From Patescibacteria group bacterium (GTDB taxonomy: Bacteria > Patescibacteriota > Patescibacteriia > JAXHNJ01), in NCBI GenBank assembly GCA_041649715.1, contig JBAZMP010000002.1, positions 68,964 through 132,963 on the forward strand: a stretch of 64,000 nucleotides of DNA. Direction: 5' to 3'. Position numbers and translations under genes: made by a program. The notes under the pieces are model-generated. The model made no database searches and was not told the origin of the DNA. It was given only the letters and a program-made list of their open reading frames with translations. This document shows, one piece after another, positions 49,769 to 58,664 of the stretch. Each line of letters starts with the position of its first letter. Positions within the stretch are counted from its first letter, which is position 1.

Positions 49769-49891
49769 ATGAGTGATTTACAACTCATTCTGGGTTGGGG
49801 TTCGCCCATCGGTATCGGAATATTCCTGGCTTTACTCGGTTTGATGATTTTCCTTCTTTCCCGGGCGGGTAAAGAAAAGAAAAAAGAATAA
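49769..49891 (+). CDS. 40-aa single-TM microprotein (not in the ORF track)
   Basis: MSDLQLILGWGSPIGIGIFLALLGLMIFLLSRAGKEKKKE. Confidence 0.6.
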   Translation: MSDLQLILGWGSPIGIGIFLALLGLMIFLLSRAGKEKKKE

Positions 49892-50062
49892 AGGACATCC
49901 CATCATGAATTTTTAGGGTGATTTCGGCTTGTTTTATTCTATCCAAATTATGATATAATAAAATCATGAGAGGGGAATACAAATTAGACTGTGGATAATT
50001 CGGGGGGCGCTTTGTAAAAAGCGCTTTTTTCGTTCTTTTCAACGTCGCGACAGGAGGTTATC

Positions 50063-50554
50063 GTCAAACTCAACGGAAAAAAAGGAATTCTTTCGGTTTC
50101 CATCACGGACCGGAGTGTCAGAATCAACGGCGAGGTTTTTCACGCCATTAACGGACACAAGAAGCCTGACTATACGTTCGAGGGTGTTCGTTACGACAAT
50201 GACGAAGAGATGAAAATCGCCCAGATGCTTTTCGAAATGGGCATTTCTTTTCTTCACCACGTGGAGTTTGAATTCAGAAGCCTTGGCAATGGCGGTAAGC
50301 ATGCCATTTGGTGTCCGGATTTTGTCTTCGGCCAGCCCCTTCGCTGGACCGGCGAAAAATGCAACGGTTCGGTCATCATCGGTTTGGAGGTCAAGCGCTC
50401 GCACGTTAAGGGTAAACCTCTTTCCCGATCACGCTCGCTGCTGGCGGACAAGGGCATCCCTATCTTGCTCGTTGACCGCGATACGGTAGTCCGATATTTC
50501 CAAGAGGGAAAGAAACTTCCCCTAAAGCCAGTCAGAATGACTAACGCGGCTTGA
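50063..50554 (+). CDS. PD-(D/E)XK nuclease-like protein; start uncertain
   Basis: EEMKIAQML..MGISF...WCPDF...LEVKR; the frame is open back to AGGAGG-N5-GTC at 50063; first ATG at 50210. Confidence 0.6.
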   Translation, partial: VKLNGKKGILSVSITDRSVRINGEVFHAINGHKKPDYTFEGVRYDNDEEMKIAQMLFEMGISFLHHVEFEFRSLGNGGKHAIWCPDFVFGQPLRWTGEKCNGSVIIGLEVKRSHVKGKPLSRSRSLLADKGIPILLVDRDTVVRYFQEGKKLPLKPVRMTNAA

Positions 50555-50638
50555 AGCCGATAGCCCCGTCAGGACCGGAAATGACGGGGCTTTTTCTTGC
50601 TTGAAAATTACCCTTTTTCGGTATAGGATAATGGATGT

Positions 50639-51049
50639 ATGGCAAAAATAAAAGAACTTATTTATTCGACAAAAAAGCAATTTGAATTGATTAATATTAC
50701 GGCTGAAGTAAACAAATTCGTGGCTGATTCGCGGGTTTTGGAAGGAGCGTGCTTCGTCTTTAGTTTGCACGCGACAGCCAGTCTATACCTGAACGAGAAT
50801 GAGCCGGGGGTCAAAGAAGATATATTGCAGGGTATACTTTCCCTGGCGCCGGAAAGCAAAGATTATAAACATAATGTTATTGATGGCAACGCCCGGGCCC
50901 ATATCCTGGCGGCCATTGTCGGTTCTCACTTAACTTTGCCTGTCATTGGTGGTAAATTAGCTTTAGGCACCTGGCAGGAGATATTTTTTGTGGAGCTGGA
51001 CGGGCCCCGGCCGGCTCGCAAAGTAATTATAAAAATTATTGAAGGTTGA
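50639..51049 (+). CDS. yjbQ: YjbQ/UPF0047 family protein
   Basis: HATASL..NENE, YKHN..DGNARAHI, LGTWQEIFFVELDGPR. Confidence 0.92.
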   Translation: MAKIKELIYSTKKQFELINITAEVNKFVADSRVLEGACFVFSLHATASLYLNENEPGVKEDILQGILSLAPESKDYKHNVIDGNARAHILAAIVGSHLTLPVIGGKLALGTWQEIFFVELDGPRPARKVIIKIIEG

Positions 51050-51061
51050 TTAATTTAATAT

Positions 51062-51814
51062 ATGGAAATAGGGGTTAGCACTTTCGTAAAAACTGGGAAA
51101 AATTATCTGGAAAGGTTTAAAGATTTAGTTAACCTTGGTTTTAAAAACATTGAATTTTATAACAGTGAGACAAGGATCAGGACCGTGGATCTTTCTTTCT
51201 TGAAAAAAATAAAAAGAAAGAAACATCTGAACTATTCGTTGCATTCCATGGTTCAGGATTTGTTTTGTGCGGATAAGTCAATCGCCGAGGCGGAATATTA
51301 TTGTTTAAAAGGTGAAATCCATGCGGCTTCACTTATAGGTTGTTCAAGAGTGATATTCCATATCGCAAAAAAAACTGCTTTATCGGTTAAAGAAAAAAGT
51401 CAATTGTCCGCCTTAATTATTTGGGCGCGTAAACAGTCAATTAAACTTTGTCTAGAAAATAATCATTCTGTCGGCGCGTTTAGCGGTGCTTATCTGATGC
51501 AAATCAAAAGTATTTTTCCGTCATTATACTTTTGCCTCGACATCGGTCATCTGAACATTGTTTTAAATAGAAGAGAAGGCATTGATATGAATAAATTTTT
51601 GTCAGCGCTTAAGAACAAAATTTTGGAATTACACATTAACAGTAATAATGGTCTTCGCGATCAACATCTCGCGTTAGGGAAAAAAACTGAAAAATATTTC
51701 ATGGATATTCTTAAATCTTTGAATAATAAAAATATAGCCGTAATTATTGAGACTAGGGATATTAAGCAAGCTTTAAGAACAAGAAATTTCATAAAAAGTA
51801 TTGAAGGGAGGTGA
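51062..51814 (+). CDS. Sugar phosphate isomerase/AP endonuclease 2 TIM-barrel protein
   Basis: SLH, LCLEN, CLDIGH, LHI..N.G.RDQHL, IIE; AT-rich. Confidence 0.8.
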   Translation: MEIGVSTFVKTGKNYLERFKDLVNLGFKNIEFYNSETRIRTVDLSFLKKIKRKKHLNYSLHSMVQDLFCADKSIAEAEYYCLKGEIHAASLIGCSRVIFHIAKKTALSVKEKSQLSALIIWARKQSIKLCLENNHSVGAFSGAYLMQIKSIFPSLYFCLDIGHLNIVLNRREGIDMNKFLSALKNKILELHINSNNGLRDQHLALGKKTEKYFMDILKSLNNKNIAVIIETRDIKQALRTRNFIKSIEGR

Positions 51815-51819
51815 AAACA

Positions 51820-52080
51820 ATGGCGGAAGAAAAATTAATCGGAAAAGTCACTCATTTTTTCAGTAAAATCAGCGTGGCCGTTTTGAACTTGTCAGAAGAT
51901 AATTTGAAAGTAGGCGAAAAAATTCATTTTAAGGGTGGCGATCGCGATTTTGAACAGACAGTCACTTCCATGCAGGTTGAGCACGAGGATATCGCGGAAG
52001 CGAAAAAGGGCGATGACGTGGGTTTAAAAACCGATGCCCCGGTCAGAGAAGACGATCAGGTTTTTAAGGTTATTGAATAG
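51820..52080 (+). CDS. Translation elongation factor-like small beta-barrel protein
   Basis: IGKVTHFFSKISVAV, LKVGEKIH, FEQTVTSMQ, AKKGDDVGLK. Confidence 0.85.
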   Translation: MAEEKLIGKVTHFFSKISVAVLNLSEDNLKVGEKIHFKGGDRDFEQTVTSMQVEHEDIAEAKKGDDVGLKTDAPVREDDQVFKVIE

Positions 52081-52098
52081 ATCAAAGATTTTCGACAT

Positions 52099-52494
52099 AT
52101 GAGGAAAATAATTTTTATTTTTCTTTTGTTTATCTTGGCGATAACAGTTTCTGCCTGCGGGAAAAAGACCGTGAGCCAGAATACAAATTCTTCGGGTTTG
52201 GTCGATATTGCGACGGGCGCGGCCGATGTCAAGATAAAGGAAAGCGCGGAGAAGAATTTAGCCATCGCCGAAGCGAGAGACATTTATAGAGTGAAAAAAG
52301 AACAAGGTGAGGACCTATCAGCCGGACCCTGTCTTTCTAATGACCTGATTGAAGATTGGGTTTTGGATATCGCGCATAATCCCCGCCAAGACGTGGATAA
52401 TGAACCGGCCAATCAATGCGAGGCTTACCGGAACGGTCAGGCCCATCATTTTGTCGAGTTTGATCTGGATGGGAATTTGATTAGGGCGGAGTGA
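52099..52494 (+). CDS. Putative lipoprotein
   Basis: Lipobox VSAC; GPCLSN, DIAHNPR, HHFVE. Confidence 0.8.
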   Translation: MRKIIFIFLLFILAITVSACGKKTVSQNTNSSGLVDIATGAADVKIKESAEKNLAIAEARDIYRVKKEQGEDLSAGPCLSNDLIEDWVLDIAHNPRQDVDNEPANQCEAYRNGQAHHFVEFDLDGNLIRAE

Positions 52495-52525
52495 TTAAGA
52501 TATTGAGCGATTAAGATATAATTAG
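52490..52525. repeat. Octamer tandem tract
   Basis: GATTAAGA TATTGAGC GATTAAGA TATA. Confidence 0.6.
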
Positions 52526-52571
52526 AAAATACAGAGCGGGTTTTCCAACCCGCGATGGGAAAATTATTTAA

Positions 52572-53030
52572 ATGAGCCTAAAAAAATATCAGCAAAAAAG
52601 AAAATTTGCCAAAACGCCGGAACCTAAGGGCAAGGAGATAAAAAAATCCTTAAGCCGTTTTGTCATTCACAAGCATCGGGCGAGTCACCTGCATTGGGAT
52701 TTACGCCTGGAGTTGGACGGCGTCTTGAAATCCTGGGCGGTGCCTAAAGAGCCGCCGGTTAAAACGGGTATCAAGCGTTTGGCGGTAAGAGTGGAAGATC
52801 ATCCCGTGGGTTACATTGATTTCAAGGGCACGATTCCAAAAGGCAATTACGGCGCCGGCCAGGTGGAGATTTGGGACCAGGGAAAATTTTCTTTATTAAA
52901 CCGTTCTATAAACGAAATAAGTTTCTTACTTTCAGGCCGGCGCCTCAAGGGCCGATATCTGTTGATTAAGCCCAAAGGGAGCCGTTTCGGCCGGAAAGCA
53001 TGGTTATTTTTTAAACGCGAGAACAAATGA
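52572..53030 (+). CDS. Stand-alone LigD 3'-phosphoesterase domain protein
   Basis: KTPEP, FVIHKHRASHLHWDLRLE, LKSWAVPK, VEDHP, YGAG.V.IWD.G. Confidence 0.92.
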   Translation: MSLKKYQQKRKFAKTPEPKGKEIKKSLSRFVIHKHRASHLHWDLRLELDGVLKSWAVPKEPPVKTGIKRLAVRVEDHPVGYIDFKGTIPKGNYGAGQVEIWDQGKFSLLNRSINEISFLLSGRRLKGRYLLIKPKGSRFGRKAWLFFKRENK

Positions 53031-53332
53031 TATTGGTCTACGTTATTTGCAAAGATATTAAAGAGGGGCGTAAAGTCGGTTTCGCCTTGCTAAAAAATAA
53101 GCTAGTCGCTTGTTATAATTTATGGCCGATTGAATCGGCCTGTCGATGGCAGAGCAAAATAGCAAAAAATAAAGAAGCGGCCTTATTATTAAAAACCGTC
53201 GCTAAAAATTACCCGTCTATCGAAAAGCTGGTCAAAAAATGCCACTCTTATCAAGTACCCTGTATTTTTTCCATAAAACCTGATAGAATAGAAAAACATT
53301 ACATTCAGTGGCTAAAAACGGTGACCAAATAA
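53027..53332 (+). CDS. cutA: Divalent cation tolerance protein CutA
   Basis: KLVACYN, LLLKT, HSYQVPCI, YIQWL. Confidence 0.88.
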   Translation: MILVYVICKDIKEGRKVGFALLKNKLVACYNLWPIESACRWQSKIAKNKEAALLLKTVAKNYPSIEKLVKKCHSYQVPCIFSIKPDRIEKHYIQWLKTVTK

Positions 53333-53335
53333 ATC

Positions 53336-53602
53336 ATGGTTTTTTATAAACGGGACAAAACAACACAAAAATTAGTCTTAGTGGGCGTGCGGCAGGTGAA
53401 TGGAAATATTATGGCTATTGAGTATCTGCAAAATTCCGATCCGAAATATATTGACGGGCTTTTTTTCTTTGCGAAGCGTTACGGCCGGGCGACTTTTGAA
53501 TGGGAGGGGGATGTTTATGAGATCATCCGCAATAGAAACATAACCTATACTGTAAATAAACTGGGGAGTGAGGTCGAGAAAGAAATAATGGAATTTCGAT
53601 GA
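53336..53602 (+). CDS. Hypothetical protein
   Basis: 88-aa ORF coupled to murE. Confidence 0.6.
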   Translation: MVFYKRDKTTQKLVLVGVRQVNGNIMAIEYLQNSDPKYIDGLFFFAKRYGRATFEWEGDVYEIIRNRNITYTVNKLGSEVEKEIMEFR

Positions 53603-54918
53603 AATCTTTCTTAAAAAAAATCATACCTCGGTTTATCATCCTTTTCTACCATCGATGCTTGGCCCGACTGGCGGTTTTTTTATACCGGAATCCTTCAAAC
53701 AAGCTGGTCGTGATCGGCGTAACGGGCACCAACGGCAAATCCACGGTGGCTAATTTCATCAGCTTGATTTTGGCGGAGGCGGGTTTTAAGGTTGGTTTGA
53801 CCTCGACCTATAATTTCAGGATCGGTCAACAAGAATGGCTGAATAACAAAAAAATGACGATGCTCGGTCGCCTGGCCCTGCAGCGGTTCTTGGCCCGGCT
53901 GCATAAAGCCGGGTGTCAGTATGCGGTGATCGAAACCTCTTCAGAAGGAATAATGCAGTCGCGTCATCTGGGCATTAATTATGATATCGCGGTCTTTACC
54001 AACCTGACGCCTGAACATATCGAAGCGCACGGCAATTTCGAGAATTACAAAAAAGCCAAGGGCAAATTATTCAAACACTTGACCCAAAGAAAAAGAAAAA
54101 AGATCAACGGAAAGATCATTGATAAGATTTCCGTCGTTAATCTTGATGACCCGCACGCCGATTTTTTTATTTCTTTTCCGGCGGACAAAAAATACAGTTA
54201 CAGTCTTAAAAATAAAAGCGGAGACCAGGAAGTTAAAACAATCCGGGCGGAAAACGTTTCAGTTAAAAAAGAGGGAAGCAGATTTCATGTCGGCGGCCAG
54301 GAATTTATATTGCCCATGTTGGGCGAACACAATATTTATAACGCCCTGGCGGCTTTGACCGTCGGTCTTTCGCAAGACATTTCTTTGGTTAAGGCGAAAA
54401 CAGCTTTAGAAAAAGTAAAAAGTTTGCCCGGCCGCTTAGAATTTATCAGGGAGGGGCAGAATTTTACGATTATCGTTGATTATGCCCCGGAAGTCGTTTC
54501 CTTGAACAAGCTTTACGAGGTCGTAAAATTATTTGATAAAAATAAGATTATTCATGTCTTGGGTTCTTGCGGTGGCGGAAGGGACAAGGCGAGACGGCCG
54601 ATTTTGGGCGAAATCGCCGGCCAAAAAGCGGATCTGGTTATCGTGACCAACGAAGATCCGTATGACGAAGACCCGATGGCCATTATTGATTCGGTCGCCG
54701 CCGGCGCGGAAAAAACGGGGAAGATAAGGGGGCAAAACCTATTTACCGTATTAGATAGGCGTGAGGCAATCAAGCTTGCCCTACAAAAGGCAAGAGCCGG
54801 CGACCTGGTCTTACTGACCGGTAAGGGAGCGGAACAGGCTATTTGCGTGGCGGGTGGCAAAAAAATTCCCTGGGACGAGAGAACGGCGGTTAAAGAAATA
54901 TTGTCTGAATCGGCATAA
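53599..54918 (+). CDS. murE: UDP-MurNAc-tripeptide synthetase (MurE family)
   Basis: GVTGTNGKST, ETSS, FTNLTPEH, PGRLE, IVDYA, GGGRD, GKG. Confidence 0.9.
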   Translation: MKSFLKKIIPRFIILFYHRCLARLAVFLYRNPSNKLVVIGVTGTNGKSTVANFISLILAEAGFKVGLTSTYNFRIGQQEWLNNKKMTMLGRLALQRFLARLHKAGCQYAVIETSSEGIMQSRHLGINYDIAVFTNLTPEHIEAHGNFENYKKAKGKLFKHLTQRKRKKINGKIIDKISVVNLDDPHADFFISFPADKKYSYSLKNKSGDQEVKTIRAENVSVKKEGSRFHVGGQEFILPMLGEHNIYNALAALTVGLSQDISLVKAKTALEKVKSLPGRLEFIREGQNFTIIVDYAPEVVSLNKLYEVVKLFDKNKIIHVLGSCGGGRDKARRPILGEIAGQKADLVIVTNEDPYDEDPMAIIDSVAAGAEKTGKIRGQNLFTVLDRREAIKLALQKARAGDLVLLTGKGAEQAICVAGGKKIPWDERTAVKEILSESA

Positions 54919-55047
54919 ATTGTGGATAAACTGCGTATATTATTTTTTATCAACCACGTATTTATTGGCAAATAAGGATATATTTAGGCTAACTACAGCT
55001 AAATATCCTAATATTGAATGATTTTTCGCTTTTTTACCCTAAAATAT

Positions 55048-55076
55048 TTGACAAGTTAAGCATATTGGGGTATATT
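55048..55076 (+). promoter_or_regulatory. rpoB promoter
   Basis: TTGACA-N17-TATATT; DnaA box upstream at 54921-54929. Confidence 0.65.
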
Positions 55077-55269
55077 TTTTAGTACAGTCTTTTACAATAT
55101 CACTCATTTTATACTATCCATACCAAATATTTAGTCTTCTAACGTTATAACTAAGCCTATTTTTTTAAAATAGGTATTTTAGACTTTAAGGACTTTTTTT
55201 AAAGTCCATTATCCCCTCGCCCCCTGTTTTTTTTAAAAGGGGGGAGTTTACGGGGAAGGAAGTACATTA

Positions 55270-58200
55270 ATGTCGGCCGACTACCAAGGTAGGAAAATTT
55301 TTACTAAACTTCATGAAGCGATCACCTTACCCGATCTTATTGAAGTGCAAAAAAGATCGTACGATTGGTTTTTTCGTGAAGGTTTAAAAGAGCTTTTCGA
55401 AGAAATTTCTCCCATCAAGGATTTTATCGGGAGAGATTTAGAGCTCTATTTTTTGGACTTTTATTTGGATGAGCCGAAGTTTAATGAAGCTCAGGCCAAG
55501 GCCAAAAATGTCACTTTTGAAGCGCCTTTAAGGGTGAAGACGCGTCTGCATAATAAAAAAACCGGCGAGATCAAGGAACAGGAAATTTTCTTGGGTGATT
55601 TTCCCTTAATGACCGATCGTGGAACTTTCGTGGTCAACGGGATTGAAAGAGTGATTGTCTGCCAGCTGATTCGTTCCGCTGGCGTTTTTTTTACTTCCGA
55701 AGTAATCCGCGGTAAAAGATTTTACGGCGCCAAGATTATTCCAAACCGTGGCGCCTGGCTGGAGATCGAAACGGATATGAACAATGTTATCGCCGTTAAG
55801 ATCGACCGCAAAAGAAAAGTGCCGATCACCGCGCTCTTGCGGGCTTTTGGCTATTCTTCGAACGAAGAGATTTTGGCGCTTTTTAAAGATACTGACAATC
55901 ATCCCGTAAATAAATATATTAATTCCACTATTACCAAAGACATTTCCCGTAATGAGAGCGAGGGCTTGAAGGAAGTATACAAGAGAATTAGGCCGGGTGA
56001 TCTGGCGACGGTTGATAACGCTCGCGATTTGATCTATAAAATGTTTTTTTCTTTTGACCGATATGATTTCGGCAAAGTCGGGCGCTACAAACTGAATCAT
56101 CGCTTCGGCTTTAATTTTTCCATGGATAAGCAGCACCGTGTTCTGCAAAAAGAGGATCTGATGGCCATTATCAAAGAAATCATCCGACTTAATAATTCTC
56201 AGAAAGAGGCGGACGATATCGATCATTTGGGCAATCGTCGGGTGCGCGCGATCGGCGAGCTGGTCCAGAATAAATTCCGGGTCGGCCTGGCGCGCATGGA
56301 AAGAATCGTGAAAGACCGGATGAGCACCCAGGATATTTCCACCTTGACGCCCAATCAGCTGATCAACGCGCGACCGGTTATCGGCGTGGTCAAAGAATTT
56401 TTTATGTCTTCCCAGCTTTCTCAGTTTATGGATCAGACCAATCCCTTAGCCGAGTTGGAACACAAGAGAAGGTTGTCCGCCATGGGGCCGGGCGGTTTAT
56501 CCCGCGAGCGGGCGGGTTTTGACGTGCGTGACGTGCATCGCACCCATTATGGCCGCATTTGCCCGATTGCCACGCCGGAGGGTCCCAATATTGGTTTGGT
56601 CGGTCATCTGTCCTCGTATGCCAGGATTAATGATTATGGTTTTATTGAAACTCCGTTCCGCAAAATAAAACATGATCCGGAAAATAAGCCCAGTGAAACA
56701 GTGGGCGAGATCGTACGCGAGGAAATAAAAAATCCTGCCACCGGAGAAATAATCATTAAAAAAGAAGAAAAAATTACCGAAGCGATTGCCATAAAATTAA
56801 GCAAGACCACTTTTAAAACTATTCCCGTAAAACCGCGGGTGACGAAAGAAGTAGAGTATCTGGACGCTTTCACTGAAGAAAAATTTATCACAACGGCGGC
56901 CACCACCCCATATGATGATAACGGTTACTTTTTATCCAATAAAGCCGAGGTGAGAAAATATGGCGAGCCGACCATGGAGTCGGTTGATATGATTGACGTG
57001 ATGGACGTTTCGCCGAAACAAATCGTTTCCATTTCTACCGCTTTGATTCCTTTTTTGGAACATGATGACGCCGTGAGGGCTCTGATGGGCTCAAATATGC
57101 AGCGGCAGGCCGTGCCCTTGGTGGCGCCGGAAGCGCCGGTTGTCGCCACCGGCGTGGAAGCCCGGGCGGCCAAGGATTCAGGGCATGTCATTGTTTGCGA
57201 AAAAGACGGCTTGGTCAAAGAAGTGCAGGGCAGCCAGATCGTCGTTTTGGAAGAAGAAAACAATAATTTAAAAACCTATCTTTTAAGGAATTTCGCTCGC
57301 TCTAACGCTTCAACTTGCATTAATCAGCATCCGATTGTCGATCGCGGCCAAAAAGTCAGAAAAGGCGACGTAATCGCGGACGGAACAGCGACCCAGGGCG
57401 GTGAATTGGCCCTGGGGCAGAATGTCTTGGTGGCTTTTATGCCCTGGGAGGGCGGCAACTACGAAGACGCCGTTTTGATCTCCGAAGATTTAGTGAGAGA
57501 AGATCGGTATACCTCCATTCATATTGAAGATTACGTGGTGGATGTGCGCGACACCAAACTGGGACCCGAGGTGGTGACCCGTGACATTCCCAATGTTTCC
57601 GAGGAAAAATTAAAAGATCTTGATGAAGAAGGAGTGGTGCGCATCGGGGCGAAAGTAACTTCCGGCGATATCTTGGTCGGCAAAATCACGCCGAAAGGCG
57701 AAACAGAATTGTCCGCCGAAGAAAAGTTGCTCCGGGCGATCTTTGGCGAAAAAGCGAAAGACGTGAAAGACAGTTCGCTATATTTGGAGCACGGCGAACA
57801 CGGCAAGGTGGTTGATATCAAAATTTTCTCGCGTGACCGCGGAGACAAACTGCCGGCCGGCGTCATAAAACAAATTCAGGTTTCCGTGGCGCAGCTCAGG
57901 AAGGTCCAGGTCGGCGACAAGATGGCCGGCCGTCACGGCAACAAAGGGGTAATTTCCCGTGTCGTTGCTTTGGAAGATATGCCCTTTTTGGACGACGGGA
58001 CGCCCGTTGATATTATATTAAATCCTTTGGGCATCGCTTCGCGGATGAACTTAGGTCAGGTTTTAGAGACACATCTGGGTTTGGCCGCCAAGCACTTGGG
58101 CTATAAAGTCGCCAGCCCCGCTTTAGATGGCGTGCCGGCGGAAATGATCAAAAAAGAATTGGCCAGGGCCGGTTTTCCGGAAGACGGAAAAGTGACCCTT

Positions 58201-58656
58201 TACGACGGCCAGACCGGTAAAGCCTTTGAACAAAAAGTGACCGTGGGTTATATCTATATGCTGAAGCTTAATCATATGGTGGAGGACAAGATCCACCAGC
58301 GTTCGATCGGACCCTATTCCCTGGTGACTCAGCAACCCTTAGGCGGTAAGGCCCAATTCGGCGGCCAGCGGTTCGGTGAAATGGAAGTCTGGGCCCTGGA
58401 GGCCTATGGCGCCGCTTATACCCTGCAGGAGATTTTGACCATAAAATCCGATGACGTGCCCGGCCGTTCAAAAGCCTACGAATCGGTTATCAAGGGGGAA
58501 GAGATAAAAAAGATCAATGTGCCTGAATCTTTTAACGTCTTAGTCCGGGAATTGAAGGGTTTATGCCTGGACGTGGATTTGATCGGTGAAACACAGCCTC
58601 AAGGCGGCAAGGAGGAAATTTCAAAACCAGAGGGTGATATGACCAATAAACCATAA
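55270..58656 (+). CDS. rpoB: RNA polymerase beta subunit
   Basis: SQLSQFMDQTNPL, GDKMAGRHGNKG, GGQRFGEMEVWALEAYGA. Confidence 0.99.
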   Translation: MSADYQGRKIFTKLHEAITLPDLIEVQKRSYDWFFREGLKELFEEISPIKDFIGRDLELYFLDFYLDEPKFNEAQAKAKNVTFEAPLRVKTRLHNKKTGEIKEQEIFLGDFPLMTDRGTFVVNGIERVIVCQLIRSAGVFFTSEVIRGKRFYGAKIIPNRGAWLEIETDMNNVIAVKIDRKRKVPITALLRAFGYSSNEEILALFKDTDNHPVNKYINSTITKDISRNESEGLKEVYKRIRPGDLATVDNARDLIYKMFFSFDRYDFGKVGRYKLNHRFGFNFSMDKQHRVLQKEDLMAIIKEIIRLNNSQKEADDIDHLGNRRVRAIGELVQNKFRVGLARMERIVKDRMSTQDISTLTPNQLINARPVIGVVKEFFMSSQLSQFMDQTNPLAELEHKRRLSAMGPGGLSRERAGFDVRDVHRTHYGRICPIATPEGPNIGLVGHLSSYARINDYGFIETPFRKIKHDPENKPSETVGEIVREEIKNPATGEIIIKKEEKITEAIAIKLSKTTFKTIPVKPRVTKEVEYLDAFTEEKFITTAATTPYDDNGYFLSNKAEVRKYGEPTMESVDMIDVMDVSPKQIVSISTALIPFLEHDDAVRALMGSNMQRQAVPLVAPEAPVVATGVEARAAKDSGHVIVCEKDGLVKEVQGSQIVVLEEENNNLKTYLLRNFARSNASTCINQHPIVDRGQKVRKGDVIADGTATQGGELALGQNVLVAFMPWEGGNYEDAVLISEDLVREDRYTSIHIEDYVVDVRDTKLGPEVVTRDIPNVSEEKLKDLDEEGVVRIGAKVTSGDILVGKITPKGETELSAEEKLLRAIFGEKAKDVKDSSLYLEHGEHGKVVDIKIFSRDRGDKLPAGVIKQIQVSVAQLRKVQVGDKMAGRHGNKGVISRVVALEDMPFLDDGTPVDIILNPLGIASRMNLGQVLETHLGLAAKHLGYKVASPALDGVPAEMIKKELARAGFPEDGKVTLYDGQTGKAFEQKVTVGYIYMLKLNHMVEDKIHQRSIGPYSLVTQQPLGGKAQFGGQRFGEMEVWALEAYGAAYTLQEILTIKSDDVPGRSKAYESVIKGEEIKKINVPESFNVLVRELKGLCLDVDLIGETQPQGGKEEISKPEGDMTNKP

Positions 58657-58664
58657 ATTTATAT

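Noticed and set aside
54919-55100. Replication origin
   Set aside because: Only one perfect DnaA box, and no dnaA or dnaN nearby.
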